This document shows, piece by piece, positions 19,102 to 28,321 of a stretch of 64,000 nt of DNA (positions within the stretch are counted from its first letter, which is position 1; the number at the start of each line of letters is the position of its first letter). The notes below the pieces were generated by a model that was not told the origin of the DNA, searched no databases, and worked only from the letters and a program-made list of their open reading frames with translations. Source of the DNA: Bacillota bacterium (GTDB lineage Bacteria > Bacillota > Sulfobacillia > Sulfobacillales > Sulfobacillaceae); assembly GCA_021820485.1 (NCBI GenBank), contig JAKADO010000006.1:1926-65925 (forward strand), written 5' to 3'. The position numbers and the translations under genes were made by a program.

Positions 19102-20618
19102 CTGCTCCGCGAGGCAGCAGGCGGCACAAACACCGCCCACCCGCCCTTCACCAACACTTTCCGCCAGTGATCTCGAGCCATAAACCAGGCAAGATTGTCA
19201 TCGATATGATGGTAGGGCCAGATGACCACGTCCACCTGATTGCGGTGGAAAATGGAGGCGACCTGGGCAGGATGGGCCGTGCCGATGACCAGTTTGACAT
19301 AGTCTTGGAAGCGGTGGTCGTTCGCCAGGAAGAAGTCCGCCCGGCCATCGATGAACACGCCGTGGACGTTTCGCGCTATGAGATACCCGCCCACTGCGTT
19401 GGGTTCAAACACGACCTGATGCGGGTGACGATGAAGCCACGAGACCACGGCCCCCGGCACCGGAGCCTGGTCAATTTCGCGGCCCTTGACTATCCCCACC
19501 CCGACGCCCGCGAGAAGCGCAGCCGAGAGACCGACTCCCAGCCCCCAGCGCAAGGGTCGGCACCCACGGTCGGTCGGGAGCCATGTTTGGTACCGCTCGC
19601 TCTGGCCCAGCCCGTAAGCCCACCAGAGGATAAACACCATCCCAAAGTATGTCACCATGCGAACTTCATCAAAAAACGCAAAGGTAATGCCTAAAAACCA
19701 GAGGTCCAGCACCCCAGGATAAGGAGCGCGGCTTCGGCTCCGCCAAATCCAGGACAGCACGACCAGGACGGGCCATACTGCAAATGCCGGATTCCGAAAG
19801 TTGATAGGCTGCCACTCTTGAATATAGTTGGTAATCTCCCGGTTATGATCGAGCCACCACGAATACGTGAGAACATGCCAGTGCTCTGGCGTAAACAGCA
19901 CGGAAATGGCCAGCGGCAGCAAGAGACCCCGGATCGCCTCAAGACGGGCCAGGTCCCAACGCCTGCGCCACAGGCTGAAGAGCGTCTCCAACAGAGACAG
20001 GACCACAATCATGAGAAAGCTCCCGTGGATGTTCGCCCAAACCAGCGTCAGGGGGGCCAAGGCCCAAAGCCATCTCGGGTTCTGCCGCCCTCGCCACAAG
20101 ATGCCGAGGAGCACGGGAAAGGCTACATACGAGAACAACTCGGCACGCAGCTTAACGGTAAATGGAAAGATGAAGCAGGCATACACCGCATACAAGCCCA
20201 TGGCCAGTTCCGGCGTCAACCGCGGTGCAACCGCCTTTTGAGCCCAGAAGAATGCTGCCATCATCAACACTTCAAACACAAACAAGATGAGAAGAAACAC
20301 CAGTGGGTTCTGGTGCGGATTGAGAATGTACAGCAGCAGTTCCCATCCCCACTCCAAATTCACCCATGGCCGTCCGGCCAAAGCCGCGCCGCTCCAACCG
20401 GCAGGATTTTTCATCAGAATGCGGTGATGCTGAAACATCCACTGCCCTGACTTCCACACCCACCAGACATCCCCGCGAACGCCGCCATGAATGAAGACAA
20501 GGAGCGGCACCGTCAGCGCCAGCGCGGCCAAGGCGACCACCGTGTAGAAACGAAACCGAGGGATCCAGAGCGATTTTAGACGGGCGGAAGCGGATGTTTC
20601 CTGTTCGAGAGAAAGCAT
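19098..20618 (-). CDS. Polytopic membrane protein, putative GT-C-fold glycosyltransferase
   Basis: About 10-12 TM segments; GDVWW..KSGQW, PWVNLEWGWE, WANIHGSF, IQEWQP and C-terminal VFIDGRADFF motifs; function inferred. Confidence 0.55.
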   Translation of the reverse strand: MLSLEQETSASARLKSLWIPRFRFYTVVALAALALTVPLLVFIHGGVRGDVWWVWKSGQWMFQHHRILMKNPAGWSGAALAGRPWVNLEWGWELLLYILNPHQNPLVFLLILFVFEVLMMAAFFWAQKAVAPRLTPELAMGLYAVYACFIFPFTVKLRAELFSYVAFPVLLGILWRGRQNPRWLWALAPLTLVWANIHGSFLMIVVLSLLETLFSLWRRRWDLARLEAIRGLLLPLAISVLFTPEHWHVLTYSWWLDHNREITNYIQEWQPINFRNPAFAVWPVLVVLSWIWRSRSRAPYPGVLDLWFLGITFAFFDEVRMVTYFGMVFILWWAYGLGQSERYQTWLPTDRGCRPLRWGLGVGLSAALLAGVGVGIVKGREIDQAPVPGAVVSWLHRHPHQVVFEPNAVGGYLIARNVHGVFIDGRADFFLANDHRFQDYVKLVIGTAHPAQVASIFHRNQVDVVIWPYHHIDDNLAWFMARDHWRKVLVKGGWAVFVPPAASRSS

Positions 20619-20711
20619 GGGGCAAGAACCTTTCCGTGAGGACTTTCCCTCATTGTATCGGCATTCCGGAAACGATTGAAATCTTTAGCCTCTCTTCGGG
20701 TCCGAAACCAC

Positions 20712-21554
20712 TCACGGAGCCTCCGGCGCAATCCCATCCGCCTCCGACAAAATCTGCCGAGCCCGTTCCACCAAGGGGCGGTCCACCATCTTTCCCTCCA
20801 CACGGGCGGCCCCAGCCCCCTGGATCGCTCCCAGCACAGCCTGAGCCCAGGCGACATCCTCCGCCGTGGGAGCGTATGCCGCGTGAACCGGGGCGATTTG
20901 CTTGGGATGAATCACCATTTTCCCCGCCATGCCCAGGGCTCGCCCGCGTTGCGCGGATGCCAAAAGAGCCTCGGCATCGTCAATGGCGGGATATACCGCA
21001 TCAATCGGCCCGCCCCAGTTCCAGCACCGGGAGGCCAGCGCAATGAAGCTCCGCGGCATAGTAAGCTCCGTTTCATCGGGCATTTCGCCCAATGCCACGT
21101 CATTGCGATAGTCGAGCGCCCCAAACGCCAGGCGGGATGGCCCCTCAAGCCTCCACGGGCGGGAAACATCCCATAGGTCCCCCAGGCCGGCTGCGGTCTC
21201 CACAATCAAGAGGAACCGACCTCGGATCCCCCATTGGCGCAAGCGCTCCACGGCCTGACGACTCGCTTTGGGGACCACCCAGCGCGCCTCCCCATCCGGG
21301 AACGCGCGGCTCAACCGCTGAACATCCTCCGCTCCCCAATCGGTATCCACCCCATTGACCCGGATCCATGGGATGCGCGGGAGCGGGCCCGACAACAATT
21401 GAGCCAGCGTGTCGCGCGCTGTGGTCTTGGCATCGTCAGGAACCGCATCCTCGAGATCCCAAATGACCTGATCGGCCCCGCTAGCCAGTGCCTTGAGACA
21501 CCGATCGGGCCGGTCTCCGGGTGCATAGAGCCAAGTGCGAACCGAATCAGGCAT
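20712..21554 (-). CDS. CitE/HpcH-family acyl-CoA lyase (citryl/citramalyl/malyl-CoA lyase-like)
   Basis: LYAPGDRP, DLEDAV, IVETAAG, GALDY, GKMVIHPKQ. Confidence 0.85.
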   Translation of the reverse strand: MPDSVRTWLYAPGDRPDRCLKALASGADQVIWDLEDAVPDDAKTTARDTLAQLLSGPLPRIPWIRVNGVDTDWGAEDVQRLSRAFPDGEARWVVPKASRQAVERLRQWGIRGRFLLIVETAAGLGDLWDVSRPWRLEGPSRLAFGALDYRNDVALGEMPDETELTMPRSFIALASRCWNWGGPIDAVYPAIDDAEALLASAQRGRALGMAGKMVIHPKQIAPVHAAYAPTAEDVAWAQAVLGAIQGAGAARVEGKMVDRPLVERARQILSEADGIAPEAP

Positions 21555-22056
21555 CGTTGGCGCCCTCCAACTGCGGCCGCGGAATGCTGGGCCCCTTCCC
21601 CCGCTTATACACCATAACGGTGCGGATGAAGGATATCACCACCTGGCCGTCCTGGTTGAACCCGATTGTCTTCACCTTCACGATGCCGACGTCCGGCCGC
21701 GAGCGGGACTCGCGCCGTTCCAAGACCTCGGATTGGGAATAGAGCGTGTCTCCTTCAAAAACCGGATGCGGTAGCGTCACGTCAGTCCATCCCAAATTGG
21801 CGAACACGTTTTGCGAGATGTCCGTGACGCTTTGCCCCGTGATGAGCGCCAGCGTAAACGTCGAGTCCACCAGCGGCTTTTTAAAGCTGGTTTGGCTGGC
21901 GTATGCGTGGTCGAAATGAATGGGCGCCGTGTTTTGCGTCAGCAGCGTAAACCAGATGTTGTCCGTGGTCGTAATGGTGCGCCCCAAAGGATGGCGATAC
22001 ACATCACCCTCTTCGAAGTCTTCAAAGAATCGGCCGTGCCAACCTTCGCGAATCAT
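21547..22056 (-). CDS. MaoC-family (R)-specific enoyl-CoA hydratase, RipB-like
   Basis: GRFFEDF..GD.Y.H..GRTIT.TDNIWFTLLT.N..PIHFD; 8-bp overlap with the citE start; start moved to ATG 22056. Confidence 0.85.
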   Translation of the reverse strand: MIREGWHGRFFEDFEEGDVYRHPLGRTITTTDNIWFTLLTQNTAPIHFDHAYASQTSFKKPLVDSTFTLALITGQSVTDISQNVFANLGWTDVTLPHPVFEGDTLYSQSEVLERRESRSRPDVGIVKVKTIGFNQDGQVVISFIRTVMVYKRGKGPSIPRPQLEGANDA

Positions 22057-22092
22057 GTCCTCACCCCTTCTTCCGCGTGACACGCGGCATCG

Positions 22093-23058
22093 TTACGGAA
22101 TCAGCAGAAGCTTGCCGATCGTTTCCCGAGATTCGAGGCGGCGCTGCGCCTCGGCGGCTTCGGCCAGCGCCCAGCGGCTGTCGATGGTCACTGCGAGATC
22201 CCGGCGCGCCAGCGCACCTAGGACAAAGGCGGCCCGTTCCAGAAACTCGACACGCGAGGCGGTATAGTGCCTGATGGATGGACGCACAATCGCATGCGAC
22301 CGCTGTCCGAGCGCCATCAGATCCACCGGGTCCATGACCCCCCCAGCCTGGCCGTAGCTGACCAAGGTGCCGCGGACGCGGAGAGCCCTCAAGTCCGCGG
22401 CAAACGTTGGCTTGCCCACCGCGTCGTAAATCACGTCCACGCCCTCGCCATTTGTTAACGCGTTCACCCGCACCGCGAAATCCTCTTTCGTATAGACGAT
22501 GGCAACATCCGCCCCAGCCTCCCGCACAATCTGAGCCTTCGCTTCGGTAGACGCTGTGCCATAGACCACGGCACCCAGCTTTTTCGCCATTCGCACCAAC
22601 ATCAAACCCACCCCGCCCGCGGCGGCATGAACGAGCACGCGGTCCCCCGCCCGAATCGAATAGACTCCATAGGCGAGCATGTGGGCTGTCATGCCTTGAA
22701 AAAGGCCCGCCGCAGCGGTCTCCGAATCCAAGTGAGGCGGAAGTTTCACCAGCTTGGTCTCGGGGACCGCCATATAATCGGCATAAGCCCCTTGAGGTCC
22801 TGCGACAGCGACGCGGTCGCCCGGCGCGGTCGAATTCACCTCCGAACCGACCCGCTGGACAACCCCGGCCGCCTCCTGTCCAGGAATGAACGGGAGGGGC
22901 ATCGCATAGATCCCAATGCGCTGGTATATGTCGATGAAGTTCACCCCGATGGCCTCCGTTTTGACCAGCACGTCATGGGGTCCGAGCGTCGGCACCGGCG
23001 TCTCCTCAAAGCGAAGCTGTTCAGCACCACCCAACCGATGCACCCACTGCGCCTTCAT
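22093..23058 (-). CDS. qor: NADPH:quinone oxidoreductase (MDR, zeta-crystallin-like)
   Basis: GVNFIDIY, PG.EAAG, HAAAGGVG, IGKLLL. Confidence 0.88.
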   Translation of the reverse strand: MKAQWVHRLGGAEQLRFEETPVPTLGPHDVLVKTEAIGVNFIDIYQRIGIYAMPLPFIPGQEAAGVVQRVGSEVNSTAPGDRVAVAGPQGAYADYMAVPETKLVKLPPHLDSETAAAGLFQGMTAHMLAYGVYSIRAGDRVLVHAAAGGVGLMLVRMAKKLGAVVYGTASTEAKAQIVREAGADVAIVYTKEDFAVRVNALTNGEGVDVIYDAVGKPTFAADLRALRVRGTLVSYGQAGGVMDPVDLMALGQRSHAIVRPSIRHYTASRVEFLERAAFVLGALARRDLAVTIDSRWALAEAAEAQRRLESRETIGKLLLIP

Positions 23059-23218
23059 ACTCCAACCCCCTTCTTCATCACCGGCCTCGCCACGGCAGGA
23101 ACACTTGGTGCCATTCTAGCACCTCGGATGGAAAAAGTGAGCGGAGCCCCGCCGTGCGGCCCCTCCCTCTCACAGAATCCTCCCCTGGCTGTAGACTAAA
23201 ATGGCATTTCAATCTCAG

Positions 23219-23316
23219 CCCTTATCAAGAGCGGTCGAGGGAAAGGCCCGATGATGCCGCACCAACCGGTCTAGCGATACGGTGCTAAGTCCGACCCCTG
23301 AGGGGGAAAGATAGGG
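23219..23316 (+). ncRNA. SAM-I (S-box) riboswitch
   Basis: P1 CCTTATC/GATAGGG; AAGAG; P2 GCGGT/GCCGC with kink-turn CGAG/GATGA; CAACC...GGTGCT P3; AAGTCC pseudoknot strand; P4 CCCC-TGA-GGGG; collinear with the SAM-I consensus. Confidence 0.9.
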
Positions 23317-23372
23317 ACAGCCGCCCACCCTGCGCGGATCTTGATAACGGCTCCTAAAAGGAGCGTTTATTC

Positions 23373-23735
23373 ATGCCAGCTTACAAGCCCCGCACGCAAC
23401 TCGTGCAATCCCTGATCCAAATTACCCCGTGGGACCGTCGCCATTACATTGAGGATCTCATGCGCCTCGAACAGCATCTCGAGTCCCCGCCTTCAAATTT
23501 CGCATCCGGATTGGCGCGCAAGAACCTCTCGCACGCGTATCCAGTTGAAACAGCCGCTCTCCAGAGGGAGCTTCACGGCAATCTTGTCCCGCTGCCTGTC
23601 CTTTACGCCCGTCTGGCTGCCCACCATCATGACCAGCAAGCCGCTGAAGCAGCCGAGCGTGAGCAGGAACGTGTCGAAGAAGCGCAGCGATATGCCCAAT
23701 GGATTGAAGGCGGCGGCCCGCCGCCTTTTCCTTGA
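23373..23735 (+). CDS. Hypothetical protein (120 aa) directly downstream of the SAM-I riboswitch
   Basis: AAAGGAG RBS, ATG, GC3-biased codons, helical charged C-terminus; no family recognised. Confidence 0.75.
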   Translation: MPAYKPRTQLVQSLIQITPWDRRHYIEDLMRLEQHLESPPSNFASGLARKNLSHAYPVETAALQRELHGNLVPLPVLYARLAAHHHDQQAAEAAEREQERVEEAQRYAQWIEGGGPPPFP

Positions 23736-23821
23736 TTTGTTCCCCTTGTCATTGCTAGGGTGTACCCTAAAAAGGGGGTACAAACGAAAGTGAAGAGGCA
23801 CCGCCCTAAGGAGGCATATCT

Positions 23822-24984
23822 ATGGAACCGGTGGTTGTCTCGGCGGTTCGCACCGCGATTGGCCGAGATGCGGCGCCTTTCGCGACACGCCCGCCCATGT
23901 GCTGGGAGCCGCGGTCATCCGGGAGGCGCAGGAGCGGGCGGGAATTGATCCCGCAACGCTAGACGACGTATACTTCGGCAACTGTTTCGCGGAAGATGGC
24001 AACCTCGCCCGCGTGGCGGCATTGGCCGCCGACTTGCCTTTCAGCGTACCGGGGATGACCGTTGATCGGCAGTGCGGTTCTGGCCTGACCGCGATCAACC
24101 TGGCTGCGCAGGCCATTCGGGCAGGGGAAGGCCGCGTGTATATTGTCGGCGGGGCAGAAAACTTGACGCAGCGTCCCTTCATGATGGCGCGCAGCAAGAA
24201 GGCCTATGACCGCAATCCGCCGCAGTTTCTTCGGCTGAGGCTGGCCCCTGAAGCCATTGGCGATCCCCCTATGGGAATCACCGCCGAAAATTTGGCGGAA
24301 CAATATGGAATCAGTCGCGAAGAACAGGACCATTACGCCTGGGAGAGCCAGCGCCGGATGGCGCATGCGATGGAGCGTGGATACTTTTCCGAACAAATTC
24401 TGCCGATGGCTGTCCTGCCTGGACAAGGCGGGGAAGGGATGTTTCGCACCGATGAACATCCGCGTCCCAACACCACGCTTGAGGGATTGGCTCGCTTGGC
24501 CCCGGTGTTTAAGGCAGCCGGAACTGTGACCGCGGGAAATAGCTCCGGCATCAATGACGGAGCTGCGGCATTGGTGATGATGGAGGAAACCGAGGCACAC
24601 CGACTGGGGCTGAGTCCTCTGGCGCGCATCCGCGCCTCGGCGGTCGTCGGAGTGGATCCGCAAGTCATGGGCATTGGTCCGGTTCCCGCGATTCGCAAAC
24701 TCTTGGCCAAAACTGGGCTTCGGCTCGAGGACATTGACATCATCGAGTTGAACGAAGCGTTCGCGGCCCAAGTCATCGCCTGCGATCGTGAACTGCGCTT
24801 TGACCGCAATCGGTTGAATCCCAACGGCGGCGCGATTGCACACGGCCACCCCATCGCCGCTACCGGTGCCATTTTAGCAACCAAGCTCCTCTACGAAATG
24901 AAGCGCCATGGCGCCAAGCGCGGCATTGTCGCTGCTTGCATTGGAGGCGGCCAAGGCATCGCCACCTTGTTTGAGCGAGACTAA
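23822..24984 (+). pseudogene. Acetyl-CoA C-acyltransferase (thiolase) with a single frameshift near codon 16-17 (pseudogene or sequence error)
   Basis: AAGGAGG-ATG 23822 gives MEPVVVSAVRTAIGRD, and a different frame continues GAFRDTPAHVLGAA; DRQCGSG, NEAFAAQ, GHPIAATG and CIGGGQG are intact; span 1163 nt is not a multiple of 3. Confidence 0.8.
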
Positions 24985-25008
24985 CAACTAAAGGCAGGAG
25001 AGGAAACT

Positions 25009-26160
25009 ATGGACTTTACCCTATCTCCCGAGATTCTACAAATGAAAGCCGCCGTGCGGGACTTCATCACCCACGAAGTGGAACCAGCCGCCCGACGGAT
25101 TGAGGAAGAGGATCAGGTGCCAGATTCGCTGATCGAAGCTTCGCGCGCGCTGGGGCTGTTCGGCATCAGCATACCGGAGGAGTACGGCGGATTGGGACTG
25201 TCAATGGTGGACAAGTGTGCCATCTTCGAGGAACTGGGACAGACCATCAATGGCTACACCACCATTTTAGGAGCCCATAACGGGATTGGCTCAGTGGGCA
25301 TTGTCACCTTCGGAAGCCCCGAACAGAAGTCTCGGTATTTGCCTCGGATGGCATCGGGGGAATGGGTGGGGGCCTTTGCCTTGACAGAGCCGGAGGCGGG
25401 CTCCAATGCCGCGGCCATTCGCACCACCGCAACGAAGAAGGGCACTCGGTACGTCCTCAATGGACAGAAAATTTATATCACCAATGCCCCCGAGGCGCAC
25501 GTCTTCACCGTGATGGCGGTGACGGACCCCTATCGGGGTGCCAAAGGGATTACCTCATTCATTGTGGAAAAGACCTTCCCCGGATTCCGCGTGGGGACTG
25601 TCGAGAAAAAGATGGGGCTGCACGGTTCGCACACGGCCCAACTCTATTTTGAAGATCTGGAGGTTCCCGAGGAAAACGTGCTGGGTCAAGAGGGCGAGGG
25701 ATATGTCAACGCGCTGAAGATTCTTGCCAATGGCCGAGCAGGGCTGGCAGCCCGCGCACTGGGCTCCTGTCAGTACCTGCTCGATCGGTCCACACGCTAC
25801 GCGCTGGAGCGCCAGCAGTTTGAGAAGCCGATTTTCGAGCAGCAAATCATCCAGCATTATCTAGCGGAGATGGCGACAGAAATCGAGACACTGCGGTGGA
25901 TGACCTACCGCGTGGCTTGGATGGCGGACCAAGGCGCCAACGTCATCAAAGAGGCGGCCATGCTTAAGCTCTACGGCTCGGAAGTGTACAATCGCGTAGC
26001 CGACAAGGCGGTGCAAATCCATGGCGGCATCGGCTATATCGCTGATTACCCCATCGAGCGCTTCTATCGCGATGCACGAATTACCCGCATTTATGAAGGC
26101 ACATCAGAGATACAGAAGAACATCATCGCCGCTCAATTGAAAAAGGAATATGCCGAATAA
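25009..26160 (+). CDS. Acyl-CoA dehydrogenase
   Basis: AFALTEPEAGSNA, NGQKIYIT, QIHGGIGY, IYEGTSEIQK. Confidence 0.93.
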   Translation: MDFTLSPEILQMKAAVRDFITHEVEPAARRIEEEDQVPDSLIEASRALGLFGISIPEEYGGLGLSMVDKCAIFEELGQTINGYTTILGAHNGIGSVGIVTFGSPEQKSRYLPRMASGEWVGAFALTEPEAGSNAAAIRTTATKKGTRYVLNGQKIYITNAPEAHVFTVMAVTDPYRGAKGITSFIVEKTFPGFRVGTVEKKMGLHGSHTAQLYFEDLEVPEENVLGQEGEGYVNALKILANGRAGLAARALGSCQYLLDRSTRYALERQQFEKPIFEQQIIQHYLAEMATEIETLRWMTYRVAWMADQGANVIKEAAMLKLYGSEVYNRVADKAVQIHGGIGYIADYPIERFYRDARITRIYEGTSEIQKNIIAAQLKKEYAE

Positions 26161-26199
26161 TCCGGTCTCAGGAAGGCTTTTACCGGTGCTCGCATTGAA

Positions 26200-26225
26200 A
26201 CAGGGAGCCCTGAACGGCTCCCTGT
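26200..26225. terminator. Hairpin between convergent acyl-CoA dehydrogenase and S9 peptidase genes
   Basis: ACAGGGAGCC-CTGAAC-GGCTCCCTGT, perfect 10-bp stem. Confidence 0.65.
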
Positions 26226-26245
26226 CGCGAACAATGGATTCGCCG

Positions 26246-28189
26246 CTACCTTTGGGGCCAATTGTGAATGGCGACGGGTTCGATACGCTCAGTGAGATCA
26301 ATTCCCATGATTTGCGCGTAGAAATACAGTTCCGCCTCTTGGGCGCGAATCACGTTCTCCGCCCGCACAAACCCATGCCCCTCTCCTTCGAACGGCAAGT
26401 AAGCAACCGGAATCCCTCGTTCCCTGAGAGACTCGACCATCAGTTCCGCCTGGTTTGGCAACACCACTTTGTCGTCCAATCCTTGGAAGAAAATGACGGG
26501 GCTCGTCAGCTTTTCGGCGTGAAATACCGGTGAACGCGCTTGATACGTGGATTCCGCCTCGGGCCATGGTCCAACCAGCTTGTCCATGTATCGCGATTCG
26601 AACTTGTGCGTTTCCCGTGCCAGTGCTCCGATGTCGCTGACACCAAAGTAACTGGCGCCGACGTGGAACACGTCCCGGAATGTCAGGCACGCCAACGTGG
26701 TGTAGCCGCCCGCGCTGCCCCCGCGAATCGCCAGCCGGTTGATGTCGACCCGTCCCTCCTCTGCTAGGTATAGAGCTACATTGGTGCAATCCTCGACGTC
26801 GAGAAGTCCCCAAGAATCGTACAGCCTGTTGCGATACTCGCGACCATATCCGGTGCTGCCGCCGTAGTTGACGTCGACCACGGCGAAGCCTCGCGTCGTC
26901 CAATATTGCATACCCAACCCATACAGGGCCTCGGTCTGACCCGTGGGTCCTCCGTGGCTAAATACCAAGAGTGGCGGTTTCTCACCCTCTGGCGCCGCAA
27001 AGCGGTGGTTTTTGGGCGGATAGAAAAACGCATGCGCTGTACGCCCTCGCTCCGTCGGAAACTCGATGGCCTCGGGAATCGAGATGTCCTCGACGTCCAG
27101 CAACGGGCGACTGCTGGCCTTGATGACCGTTGTCGATCCCGTGCCCGGGTCAAGAGACACCAGCGCCCACGGTTCGGTCGGGGACCCCGCGAAAAAGACC
27201 GCCCGGTACCGATTGGCGCAAATTTGTCCCATTACGGTGTAGGGTAAATCGATGGCCGCCAGCTGGCGCGTCTTGGGATTAATCAGGACCAAGTGGTCGT
27301 AGCCCTTATCCCCGTAGAAGGCGAGGATTTGCTCACCGTAAAAGGCGTAGTTCATGGTCCCAATCTGCCAGTTTGGCTGGCCGTACTCGACCGCTTGATC
27401 GGTTATCGCCTCCAAGCCGCCATCTGTCACCCGATAGAGGTTCCACCACCCAGTCCGATCCGAGACACAATAGAGGTCGCCTTCCGGCGACCACGCCGGC
27501 TGAATGACAGACTCCTCAGGTCCGCCCGCAACTTGGACCGCATTGACGACATCGCCCTCGGGTGTCACATCCGCCACCCAAAGTTCAGTGCCATCCCACG
27601 GCATATTGGGATGATTCCAGCAAATCCACGCCAAGCGTCGCCCGTCCTGGCTGAGCCGCGGATACAAGTAGAAATCGTATCCTTGGACCAAGACCTGCCC
27701 GGTGCCGCCCGCTTCGGGGTCGATGGCAACCAGCGCGTTCACCGCCTGAATATCGGACGTGGTGTGATCCTCGCGGATGGCAATCAGGCGATCGCGCTCG
27801 GAATCCCATATTGGATCGGCATACCGCATCTTGGCAGGGGCCGTAATGGGCTGAGGATCTTCTCCTGGGCGTTGGCGGTAGATCCGATGATCCCCATAAT
27901 TCGAAAAGAACAGCGTTTCCCCCACAATTGCGAGCGGCGAGCCGCCATATTCATGGACACGTGTCCGGACACTGTACGGGGCCGGAGTCACCTGCATCGG
28001 CTCCTTCTCCCCTTCGCGGAGCCGCATCACAGCAAACCGTCCGCCCTCTTGGGACCGGACCTCGATCCAATACAACGCATTGTCTTCAGTCAACCATGCG
28101 TCAACCATGCGCGTCGCCTGAGACGTCAACATCTCCGCGGAAATTGGCGATGTCCACGACCCGTAGGGTCTGACTTCCGTCGCCATCAT
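26246..28189 (-). CDS. S9-family dipeptidyl/acylaminoacyl peptidase
   Basis: PYGSWTSPI N-terminus, beta-propeller-like region, GGSAGG, GLDDKVV, EGHGF triad; start moved to ATG 28189. Confidence 0.9.
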   Translation of the reverse strand: MMATEVRPYGSWTSPISAEMLTSQATRMVDAWLTEDNALYWIEVRSQEGGRFAVMRLREGEKEPMQVTPAPYSVRTRVHEYGGSPLAIVGETLFFSNYGDHRIYRQRPGEDPQPITAPAKMRYADPIWDSERDRLIAIREDHTTSDIQAVNALVAIDPEAGGTGQVLVQGYDFYLYPRLSQDGRRLAWICWNHPNMPWDGTELWVADVTPEGDVVNAVQVAGGPEESVIQPAWSPEGDLYCVSDRTGWWNLYRVTDGGLEAITDQAVEYGQPNWQIGTMNYAFYGEQILAFYGDKGYDHLVLINPKTRQLAAIDLPYTVMGQICANRYRAVFFAGSPTEPWALVSLDPGTGSTTVIKASSRPLLDVEDISIPEAIEFPTERGRTAHAFFYPPKNHRFAAPEGEKPPLLVFSHGGPTGQTEALYGLGMQYWTTRGFAVVDVNYGGSTGYGREYRNRLYDSWGLLDVEDCTNVALYLAEEGRVDINRLAIRGGSAGGYTTLACLTFRDVFHVGASYFGVSDIGALARETHKFESRYMDKLVGPWPEAESTYQARSPVFHAEKLTSPVIFFQGLDDKVVLPNQAELMVESLRERGIPVAYLPFEGEGHGFVRAENVIRAQEAELYFYAQIMGIDLTERIEPVAIHNWPQR

Positions 28190-28321
28190 TATCCCCCTCT
28201 TTCCTGGTGCGTCTCGTACTTCGCGCCCGGCAGGAGGCATTCCTGCCGCAACACGCTGCCATGTCGAGCCAAGCGCAAAAGAAGCTGGCCCGTTAAGGGA
28301 CAGCCTCCTAAGGCTCGGACG

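Noticed and set aside
20650-20690. GCCGATAC sigma-28-like -10 upstream of the tad-adjacent GT-C gene
   Set aside because: The nearest TAAA is 21 nt away rather than 15-16 nt
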